Notes: a model not told the origin generated them from the sequence alone. A stretch of 59,071 nt of DNA from an uncultured Coriobacteriia bacterium (GCA_903831865.1 CAIKZH010000014.1:1-59071); one strand, 5' to 3'; shown: positions 19,273-26,038, counted from the first letter of the stretch. Numbers and translations: made by a program.

Positions 19273-19995
19273 ATGGACCTGTTCTCCTTCCTGGTCTCCG
19301 GGATCGGCGTCTACGTGGCGCTTGTCGTGTTCACCCTGGGCATGGCGTGGCGCGTATGGCAGTGGATGCGGACGCCGAAGTCGCCCGTCCGCCTCGGCCT
19401 CTTCCCCAAGCCGAAGAGCGGGCTGGGGAGGTTCGGCAAGCTGCTGAAAGACACCTTCATCGCCCCGCAATCGGTCGAGCAGGCCGCGCCTCTCATGGCG
19501 GCCGCCTACGCGTTCCATCTCGCGGCGCTCGGCGCCTTCGTCGGGCACCTGCGTCTCGTCCACGAGTTCACGCCGCTCGTGAGCATCCTCGGTGTGGAAG
19601 GCATGAACACGTTCGCCGCCTGGTCGGGCGGGATCGCGGGCGTGGTCATGCTCCTGGCGATCCTCTTCTGGATCGGACGGCGCACCTCCGGGGCCTACAA
19701 GAACCTCTCGACGCCGGAGGACTTCCTACTGCTTGGGCTGCTCCTTGGCGTCGTGCTGCTCGGTGACCATCTGCGGTTCGTGGGGGGACTCCACGCGGCG
19801 ACCTACGAGGCATGGTTCGCGAGCCTGGTGGCGTTGCGGCCTGCGTTCCCGCCGGCGCTCGCGGCCTCGGCCACGAGATGGGCGCTCGACTGGCACATGC
19901 TGTTCGTGGACGCGTTCCTGATCTACTTCCCGTTCAGCAAGCTCACCCACGCGATCGGCGCGTTCACGGGCAACCTCGTGCGGAGCTCTGACTGA
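19273..19995 (+). CDS. NarI/DsrM/HdrE-like membrane di-heme cytochrome b subunit
   Basis: About 5-6 TM helices with conserved His (FHLAALGAFVGHLRLV, LGDHLRF, FSKLTHAIG), as in the nitrate reductase gamma-like family. Its stop is 1 nt before the next start. Confidence 0.75.
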   Translation: MDLFSFLVSGIGVYVALVVFTLGMAWRVWQWMRTPKSPVRLGLFPKPKSGLGRFGKLLKDTFIAPQSVEQAAPLMAAAYAFHLAALGAFVGHLRLVHEFTPLVSILGVEGMNTFAAWSGGIAGVVMLLAILFWIGRRTSGAYKNLSTPEDFLLLGLLLGVVLLGDHLRFVGGLHAATYEAWFASLVALRPAFPPALAASATRWALDWHMLFVDAFLIYFPFSKLTHAIGAFTGNLVRSSD

Positions 19996-19996
19996 T

Positions 19997-21310
19997 ATGG
20001 AGAAGCAGGAGTTGGAAACCATCATCGGCACCCTCGGCAAGAGGATGAACCGGCAGCTCAAGGAGTACCTGGACGTCTGCGTGCGCTGCGCGATCTGCAA
20101 GGACGCGTGCCACCAGTACGTGGCCACCCAGGACATGACCTACCTGCCGGCTCACCGGGCGGAGCTGGTGCGCGCGGTCTATCGCAAGTACTTCACGAAG
20201 GCGGGCCAGTTCATGCCGGCGGTCTACGAGGCCCGCGACCCCGACGAGCACCTGCTCGACGACCTCTACAGGTCGACCTACGCCTGCACGGGCTGTCGCC
20301 GGTGCATGTACTACTGCCCGTTCTCGATCGACACGCAGTGGGTGATCTCCGCGGCGAAGGCCATGCTCATCGCAGCTGGTCGCGGCAACGAGATGCTCGG
20401 CCAGCTCGCGGACGCGGCTCTGTTCAAGGGCGACAACATCGAGATGTTCCGAGACAACCTGGTCGAGGGCTTCCGGGAGATCGAGACCCAGGTGCGGGAC
20501 ATCACGAAGAACCCGGAGGCTGAGATCCCGGTGGACCGCCAGGGCGCCGACATGCTGTACGTCGCGCTCGCTGGTTCGCATTCGATCCTGCCGGCGGCGA
20601 TCATCTTCAACGAGGCGAAGGCGAGCTGGACGCTCTCCATGTTCGAGGCGGCCAACTACGGCTTCTTCTTCGGGGACCCCGACAAGGCCAGGCTCATCGC
20701 CAAGCGCTTCATGGACGAAGCCAAACGCCTCGGCGTGAAGGAGGTCGTGATCACCGAGTGCGGCCACGCCTACCGCGTCGCTGAGCTGTTCTACGAGGCA
20801 TGGGCGAAGGAGAGGATGCCGTTCAAGGTCGTGCATATCCTCGAAGTCATCGATCGCTACGTGAAGGAAGGGCGCATCAAGGTCGACCCACGCGGCATCA
20901 GGGAGAAGGTCACCTACCACGACCCCTGCCAGATCGGCCGCAACGGCGGCATCTACGAGCAGCCGCGGGACATCGTGAAGGCCATCGCTCCGGACTTCGT
21001 CGACATGACGCCCAATCGCGAGAAGCAGTGGTGCTGCGGCGGTGGCGGTGGGATCGTCGCGATGGAGGAGTTCAACGAGGTGCGCCTCAAGAGCGGCGAC
21101 ATGAAAGTCGAGCAGATCAAGGCCACAGGCGCGAGCGTGCTCGCGTGCCCGTGCGAGAACTGTCGCCTGCAGATAGGCGAGCTCAACGAGGTCCACGACC
21201 TCGGATTGCGAGTGGTTCCGGTCATGGACCTTGTGGTCGAGGCGATGGGCTTCGGGCACGCGGCCGGCACCACCGGCGACGAGCGCGACGCCGCCGAGGC
21301 GGTCGTCTGA
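19997..21310 (+). CDS. HdrD/DsrK-like Fe-S oxidoreductase (2x[4Fe-4S] plus CCG domains)
   Basis: CVRCAICKDAC and CTGCRRCMYYCP cluster motifs. CCG-domain pattern YHDPC...WCCGGGGG...CPCENC. Confidence 0.85.
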   Translation: MEKQELETIIGTLGKRMNRQLKEYLDVCVRCAICKDACHQYVATQDMTYLPAHRAELVRAVYRKYFTKAGQFMPAVYEARDPDEHLLDDLYRSTYACTGCRRCMYYCPFSIDTQWVISAAKAMLIAAGRGNEMLGQLADAALFKGDNIEMFRDNLVEGFREIETQVRDITKNPEAEIPVDRQGADMLYVALAGSHSILPAAIIFNEAKASWTLSMFEAANYGFFFGDPDKARLIAKRFMDEAKRLGVKEVVITECGHAYRVAELFYEAWAKERMPFKVVHILEVIDRYVKEGRIKVDPRGIREKVTYHDPCQIGRNGGIYEQPRDIVKAIAPDFVDMTPNREKQWCCGGGGGIVAMEEFNEVRLKSGDMKVEQIKATGASVLACPCENCRLQIGELNEVHDLGLRVVPVMDLVVEAMGFGHAAGTTGDERDAAEAVV

Positions 21311-21319
21311 AGGTCGGTG

Positions 21320-21351
21320 GTGAGTGCCGGTCCGTCGGGGCCGGCACTCAC
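21320..21351 (+). terminator. GC-rich hairpin downstream of the HdrD/DsrK-like gene
   Basis: GTGAGTGCCGG (21320-21330) is the perfect reverse complement of CCGGCACTCAC (21341-21351), 10 nt after the stop. No U-tract follows. Confidence 0.5.
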
Positions 21352-21397
21352 ATCTCCGGTTGACGGATGTCTGCGCCCGCGGTACCGTGAGGCCACA

Positions 21398-21421
21398 GTA
21401 GTTCGATGGTTGTCGATATAG
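21398..21421 (+). promoter_or_regulatory. Operator-like imperfect inverted repeat, copy 1 (GTAGTTCGA-N6-TCGATATAG)
   Basis: A 24-nt site ending 4 nt before the ATG of the second arsR-family gene. 19 of 24 positions are identical to copy 2 at 21834-21857. Confidence 0.5.
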
Positions 21422-21425
21422 TTGG

Positions 21426-21791
21426 ATGCGAAAGGTGCTGTTGCAAGTGGCTTCACGGCTCGCTCACGGGACCCGGACCGCCGCGCGAACCGCGTCGGGT
21501 TCGAGGCTCGACGCCGCGCTCAAGGCGCTCGCGTGCGAGCAGAGGCGCGAGATCATCCGATTGCTCAGTGAGTGCACTCCCGACTTCGACAAGACCTGCT
21601 GCGATGCGGAGGAGTTGTGCGCGTGCAAGCTGGTCGAGCGGCTCGGCCTGGCGCAATCGACAGTCTCTCATCACATGTCGGTCCTGCAGCGTGCCGGACT
21701 TGTGGGTGCACGCAAGGATGGACTTTGGGTGCACTACACGCTCCGCCGCGATGTGCTGCGGGACGTGGCTGAGGCGCTCAAGCACCTGTAG
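21426..21791 (+). CDS. ArsR/SmtB-family metalloregulator (second copy)
   Basis: LACEQRREIIRLL...CACKLVERLGLAQSTVSHHMSVLQRAGLV winged-HTH, plus a Cys-rich stretch (CCDAEELCAC). The start may be a downstream GTG (21447) because the operator-like site abuts the ATG. Confidence 0.85.
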   Translation: MRKVLLQVASRLAHGTRTAARTASGSRLDAALKALACEQRREIIRLLSECTPDFDKTCCDAEELCACKLVERLGLAQSTVSHHMSVLQRAGLVGARKDGLWVHYTLRRDVLRDVAEALKHL

Positions 21792-21833
21792 GCGGTCGGC
21801 GCGGCTTCGCGAGGGCCGCTTCTTTCAGCATCG

Positions 21834-21857
21834 CTAGTTCGACGACTATCGATATAG
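21834..21857 (+). promoter_or_regulatory. Operator-like imperfect inverted repeat, copy 2 (CTAGTTCGA-N6-TCGATATAG)
   Basis: The half-sites match 7 of 9 positions as an inverted repeat. It lies 24 nt upstream of the Trx-like gene start, followed by GGAGGA. Confidence 0.5.
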
Positions 21858-21880
21858 GCGTCACGAGATGGAGGAAGCAG

Positions 21881-22123
21881 ATGGTCATCAAGGTGCTCGG
21901 ATCGGGATGCGCGAACTGTCAGAAGCTTGAGGCCCTGGCGGCAAAGGTGGTGTCTGACCTTGGCCTCGACGCCGACGTCGTCAAGGTCACCGACATCGGC
22001 CAGATCATGGCGTACGGCGTGATGTCGACTCCGGCTCTCGTGATCGACGAGGAGCTCAAGGTCGCTGGCCGTGTCCCGACCTACGACGAGGTCGTTGCAC
22101 TGCTGCAGCGGTCCGCCCACTAG
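21881..22123 (+). CDS. Small thioredoxin-fold protein (redox-active disulfide protein 2 / Thioredoxin_3-like)
   Basis: MVIKVLGSGCANCQKLE... has a CxxC directly after beta1. About 80 aa. This type is typically found beside PF03773-type permeases. Confidence 0.85.
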   Translation: MVIKVLGSGCANCQKLEALAAKVVSDLGLDADVVKVTDIGQIMAYGVMSTPALVIDEELKVAGRVPTYDEVVALLQRSAH

Positions 22124-22151
22124 CAGTCAGGTCGCCGACTGGAGGCGTTCG

Positions 22152-23129
22152 ATGGACCCGTTCTACCCCCTGCAGCTGCTCGCGAACTGGATCACCTACA
22201 ACGTGCTCGGGCTTTCTGCGACGAGCAAGCTCGGTGCTTCGCTGGACTTCTTCCTCTTCGACGTGCCGAAGGTGCTGATCCTCCTCGCCGTCGTGATCTT
22301 CTTCGTCGCAGTCATCCGGTCGTTCTTCCCCCCGGAGAAGACGAAGAAGCTCCTGTCGCACTCCCGGCTCTACGGGGGCAACATCGCGGCGGCGCTGCTT
22401 GGCATCGTGACGCCGTTCTGCTCCTGCTCCGCCGTCCCTCTCTTCATCGGTTTCGTCGAGAGCGGCGTACCCCTGGGCGTGACGTTCTCATTCCTTGTGG
22501 CCAGTCCGATGATCAACGAGGTGGCGGTGATCCTGCTGCTCGGGCTGTTCGGGTGGCAGATCGCCGCACTCTACGTGGTCTCCGGTCTCCTGATCGCGAT
22601 CACGAGCGGGATCATCATCGGGAAGCTCGGGCTCGAGAGCTGGGTCGAGGACTACGTCTACGAGATCCGCATGGGCGAGGCGGGCAAGCTGCCCGAACAG
22701 ACGTGGCGAGAGCGCCTCGCCTACGCTTTGGGCTACGTGAAGGAGATCGTCGGCAAGGTGTGGCCGTATGTCGTGGTCGGCATCGGCATCGGCGCCGTCA
22801 TGCACGGCTACGTGCCGAACGACTTCCTCGTGAAGTACGCGGGTCCGGGAAACCCCTTGGCTGTGCCGCTGGCGGTGCTCATCGGCGTGCCGCTGTACAG
22901 CAATGCGGCCGGGGTCGTGCCGATCGTGGGCGTGCTGATCGCGAAGGGCGTCTCCGTGGGCACGGCGCTCGCCTTCATGATGGCCGTGGTCGGTCTGTCC
23001 CTTCCCGAGGCGATCATCCTTCGCAAGGTGCTCAAGCCCAAGCTCATCGCCCTGTACTTCGGGATCAACGCGGTCGGCATCGTCGCGATCGGCTACCTGT
23101 TCAACCTGGTCATCCCGCTCGCGAGATAG
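22152..23129 (+). CDS. PF03773-type (ArsP/YraQ-like) permease
   Basis: ATG 22152 lies after GGAGG. Polytopic protein with the TPFCSCSAVPLFIGF motif characteristic of this permease family. Confidence 0.8.
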   Translation: MDPFYPLQLLANWITYNVLGLSATSKLGASLDFFLFDVPKVLILLAVVIFFVAVIRSFFPPEKTKKLLSHSRLYGGNIAAALLGIVTPFCSCSAVPLFIGFVESGVPLGVTFSFLVASPMINEVAVILLLGLFGWQIAALYVVSGLLIAITSGIIIGKLGLESWVEDYVYEIRMGEAGKLPEQTWRERLAYALGYVKEIVGKVWPYVVVGIGIGAVMHGYVPNDFLVKYAGPGNPLAVPLAVLIGVPLYSNAAGVVPIVGVLIAKGVSVGTALAFMMAVVGLSLPEAIILRKVLKPKLIALYFGINAVGIVAIGYLFNLVIPLAR

Positions 23130-23143
23130 GACGGTCGAAGGAG

Positions 23144-23626
23144 ATGCAGGTGTCGGATTGGATCATGGTGGGCCTCGGCGTCGCGGCGCTCGGGCTGTCG
23201 TTTGCCAAGGATCGCGGCAAGACCCGTACGGCCGTGCGCGTAGGGCTCAAGCAGTTCGTGGCGATGCTGCCGTTCTTCATCGCGGTGTTCGGTGTCATCG
23301 GCCTGCTCGAGGTGCTGCTCGCCCCTCATCAGGTGCAGTCGTTACTCGGCCCGCAGCAAGGAGTGCTTGCGCCTATCTACGCGGCCCTGTTCGGGGGGCT
23401 TGCAACGGGCCCGCCTGCAGCGGTGTTCCCGCTCGGGAGGTACTTGCTCGGCCAACACGCGAGCATCGCGGCGGTCGCGACCCTGCTGATCGCCTGGGTG
23501 GCCGTGGGGACCGTGTCGCTGCCCGCAGAGGTGCGCTTCTTCGGAGCCAGATTCGCGATCTCACGCTGGGCGCTCACGATGATCGTTTCCGTGGCACTTG
23601 GACTCCTGATGGGGTGGATCCTGTGA
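23144..23626 (+). CDS. Small integral membrane protein, permease-like (paralog A)
   Basis: ATG 23144 lies after GAAGGAG. About 160 aa and 4-5 TM. It shares the pattern G.P..VFPL...LL......A.......W......P.E.R.FG..F with the next gene. Confidence 0.6.
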   Translation: MQVSDWIMVGLGVAALGLSFAKDRGKTRTAVRVGLKQFVAMLPFFIAVFGVIGLLEVLLAPHQVQSLLGPQQGVLAPIYAALFGGLATGPPAAVFPLGRYLLGQHASIAAVATLLIAWVAVGTVSLPAEVRFFGARFAISRWALTMIVSVALGLLMGWIL

Positions 23627-24228
23627 AGCAGCTGATCAAGTGGTCCAGGGCCAACTGGCTCGTGTGGGTGATCGTCATCGCCTATCTCTTGCTGGCAGTG
23701 ACCCGAACACACGTGGCGTCGACGGCTGCGCTCGTCGCGCTGACGACGTTCCGGGATCTCATCGTGACGCTCGTGGTGGTGTTCCTCATCGTCGGGCTGT
23801 TCCAGGTGTGGGTCAGCGAGGACTTCATCGTCCGGCATCTCGGCCAGGATTCGGGGCTCAAGGGGCTGGCGCTCGGCGCGGGGATCGGCACCGTCATCCA
23901 CGGACCGCTCGTGGGCGTGTTCCCGCTGCTCAAGACGCTGCTTGGAAAGGGAGCTCGACTGGGCGTGGTCATCGCCATCGTGTCGACCTGGGCGATCAAG
24001 CTGCCTATGATCCCGCTGGAGATCCGGCTGTTCGGCTGGAAGTTCACGCTTCTGCGCGAGGGTCTGCTGTTCGCATCGGCGTTCATCATGGCGCCTGTGA
24101 TGGAGCTCGCGCTGGGCAAGGACTGGGCACTTCCGAAGGCGGTGGACGCCGTCGAGCCTCTCGCCACTGCCCCCGCCGCGACGGTGCAGTGCACCGAGCC
24201 GCCTGAAGCCGCCGGGGACTGCGCGTGA
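23623..24228 (+). CDS. Small integral membrane protein, permease-like (paralog B)
   Basis: GTG 23623 overlaps the upstream stop (GTGA). About 200 aa. HGPLVGVFPLLKTLLGKGARLGVVIAIVSTWAIKLPMIPLEIRLFGWKF is paralogous to the preceding protein. Confidence 0.6.
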   Translation: MKQLIKWSRANWLVWVIVIAYLLLAVTRTHVASTAALVALTTFRDLIVTLVVVFLIVGLFQVWVSEDFIVRHLGQDSGLKGLALGAGIGTVIHGPLVGVFPLLKTLLGKGARLGVVIAIVSTWAIKLPMIPLEIRLFGWKFTLLREGLLFASAFIMAPVMELALGKDWALPKAVDAVEPLATAPAATVQCTEPPEAAGDCA

Positions 24229-24299
24229 CACCGCCGGCGGCTCGTGGGGCCGGCAAGGAAGAGGAGAACACCGAGCGGCAGGAGAGGACGGGCACGGCC

Positions 24300-24674
24300 A
24301 TGCGGATCAAGGTGATCGAGGGCGGCTGCGGTTGAGGGGGGCCGGTCGTCCCGAGCGGTCCGCTCGGGTCTGCGTCCGAGGGATCGGGCGAGTCGCTTGC
24401 CGACCGTCTGCGGCGATACCTGCACGGTCGCTTCGGGGACGGATTCTCCGTGGAAGCCTCGGACCTGACCTCGCTTTCGCCGGAGGATCGCGGGCCCGTT
24501 CTCGATGCCGTCTGCGAAGGCGCTGAGTTCCCGATGGTGCTTGTCGAGGGCCGGCTCGTTTGCACAGAAGGCACTGACGCCGTCCGCGTAATGGAGGCGG
24601 TCGATCTCGCCCTGGGCCAGCAGCGAGAGGCGTGGTGTCACCCGCAACCGACCACCTGCGCACCGGAAGACTGA
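24300..24674 (+). CDS. ArsD/thioredoxin-fold protein with an in-frame UGA (candidate selenocysteine at codon 12). The conservative alternative is CDS 24450..24674
   Basis: ATG 24300 opens MRIKVIEGGCG, followed by TGA at 24333-24335. The same frame stays open into track ORF 24450..24674. A hairpin sits 14 nt after the TGA. The distal part (FSVEASDLTSLSPEDRGPVLDAVCEGAEFPMVLVEGRLVCTEG) has an ArsD/Trx-like layout. Confidence 0.5.
24350..24368 (+). promoter_or_regulatory. SECIS-like RNA hairpin
   Basis: CCCGAGCG (24350-24357) pairs perfectly with CGCUCGGG (24361-24368). The apical loop is GUC, or GGUCC if the closing pair opens. The loop G is 23 nt after the UGA. Confidence 0.45.
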
Positions 24675-24766
24675 CCGCTCGGCGGGCGATGTCGCCCACT
24701 AGCTGCATCTCGCATATAGTGTTGGCAGCATCTACGTGCGGTCGTCATCTCGAGGAGACCTCCACC

Positions 24767-25195
24767 ATGGTTCCAGAAGAGCAGGAGACGTGCTGCCGAG
24801 GCGCCGGCGCCATGCACGGACCGGAGCGCCCATGCTGCCGCCGCGCGGGAGGCGGTGGCGGCGGCGCCCTGGTCGAGCCCGCGGCCCTCGCCGCGCTGCT
24901 CAATCGCGGTGCGCACGGCTACGACGTGCGTCGTGCGATCAGTGAACTGACCGGTGGCGAGCTGGAGGTCGACGCCGGGGGGTTGTACCGAGTGCTGAGG
25001 CGCCTCGAGGCCGAGGGCTTCGTCGTGTCGGCTTGGAGCGAGGGAGATTCCGGCCCGCAGCGCAGGGACTACGAGATCACGTCTGAAGGCAGGGAGCTCG
25101 CGGAGGACTGGCTCTCGCACTTGCGGGAGCGGCAGCGAGTGGCGGGCCTGCTGGCGGATGTCCTGTCCGCGGCCCTCGCGCCGAGCAAGGTCTAG
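24767..25195 (+). CDS. PadR-family transcriptional regulator with Cys/Gly-rich N-terminal extension
   Basis: ATG 24767 lies after GAGGAG. The HGYDVRRAISELTGGELEVDAGGLYRVLRRLEAEGFV winged helix is preceded by ETCCRGAGAMHGPERPCCRRAGGGGGG. Confidence 0.85.
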   Translation: MVPEEQETCCRGAGAMHGPERPCCRRAGGGGGGALVEPAALAALLNRGAHGYDVRRAISELTGGELEVDAGGLYRVLRRLEAEGFVVSAWSEGDSGPQRRDYEITSEGRELAEDWLSHLRERQRVAGLLADVLSAALAPSKV

Positions 25196-25216
25196 GACTC
25201 GAGAGGAGAAGACACG

Positions 25217-25270
25217 ATGCCCAGATATAACGGAACGGGTCCCAGTCTCGGGCGCGGGTGCGCGAGATGA
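25217..25270 (+). CDS. 17-codon mini-ORF (MPRYNGTGPSLGRGCAR), translationally coupled to the NifX-like gene
   Basis: ATG 25217 lies 6 nt after GAGAGGAGAAG. Its TGA (25268-25270) overlaps the ATG at 25267 of the next gene as ATGA. The N-terminal MPR-x-N-G-TGP pattern resembles (from memory) DUF5320 small proteins. Confidence 0.35.
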   Translation: MPRYNGTGPSLGRGCAR

Positions 25271-25629
25271 CGATCGCAGTGTCCTCGCTCGGGCCGACAC
25301 TCGACGATCGGGTGGACGAGAGGTTTGGCCGCGCCGCCTACCTGCTGATCGTCGACGAGGGCACGCTTGATGTCCACGCGGTCGACAACAGCGCGAATCG
25401 AGATGCGCTGCAGGGGTCGGGTCTCGGCGCGGCCGAGATCACGAGCGAACACGGAGCCACCGCCGTGATCACCGGCCACCTCGGCCCAAAGGCTTTCAGC
25501 GCCCTGCAGCGCTGCGGCATCAGCGGCTACGACGGCACCGGGATGACGGTGCGCGAGGCCGTGGAGAAACAGAGAACGGGCCAGCTCGTCCGGCTTGCCG
25601 AAGGCGAGTCACACGCTGGTATGGACTGA
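25267..25629 (+). CDS. NifX/NifB-C-terminal-like (dinitrogenase FeMo-cofactor-binding domain family) protein 1
   Basis: MTIAVSS...RFGRAAYLLIVD...AVITGHLGPKAFSALQRCGISGY fits the Nitro_FeMo-Co domain pattern. The track ORF begins at GTG 25258. Confidence 0.8.
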   Translation: MTIAVSSLGPTLDDRVDERFGRAAYLLIVDEGTLDVHAVDNSANRDALQGSGLGAAEITSEHGATAVITGHLGPKAFSALQRCGISGYDGTGMTVREAVEKQRTGQLVRLAEGESHAGMD

Positions 25630-25655
25630 CCGGAGCAGCAAGGCGATGGGAGCCA

Positions 25656-26036
25656 ATGATGCCTGACAGCATGGTGCTGGCGGTGCCCTCGATGGGCGAA
25701 GGCGGACTCGAAGCGGAGCGGTCGGCGCACTTCGGTCACTGCGACTGTTTCACGCTCGTCGACGTGGCCGATGGTGAGATCGGGGCGGTACGGGTCGTGG
25801 CGAATCCTCCGCACGAGGAAGGTGGGTGTTTGCGGCCGGTCAACCTGCTCGCGTCACATGGCGTGAACGCCCTGATCGCCGCCGGGATGGGCGCGCGGCC
25901 CCTGGCCGGATTCAACGACGCCGGCATCACGGTCTACTTCGAGACCGAGACGCCGGGCATCGGCGACGCGGTGCGGCGTGTGCTCGCCGGCTCCGTGGAG
26001 AAGATGGACGCCCGGCACGTCTGCGGCGGCCACTAG
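25656..26036 (+). CDS. NifX/NifB-C-terminal-like protein 2
   Basis: MVLAVPS...HFGHCDCFTLVDV...GVNALIAAGMGARPLAGFNDAGITVY follows the same domain pattern. Confidence 0.8.
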   Translation: MMPDSMVLAVPSMGEGGLEAERSAHFGHCDCFTLVDVADGEIGAVRVVANPPHEEGGCLRPVNLLASHGVNALIAAGMGARPLAGFNDAGITVYFETETPGIGDAVRRVLAGSVEKMDARHVCGGH

Positions 26037-26038
26037 GC

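Noticed and set aside
19964-21259. 431-aa minus-strand ORF opposite the HdrD/DsrK-like gene
   Set aside because: It is antisense to a gene with complete Fe-S and CCG motifs and has no motifs of its own. Other long antisense ORFs were rejected for the same reason: 40509..42194, 47884..49302, 43486..43974, 56268..57710, 57820..59052, 30169..31590, 23377..24231 and 26974..28344.
25268-25270. TGA ending the 17-codon mini-ORF, considered as a second possible selenocysteine or read-through site
   Set aside because: Past this TGA the frame gives non-coding-like sequence. It is also occupied by the NifX-like gene in another frame. The ATGA arrangement is a standard stop/start coupling, and no hairpin follows.
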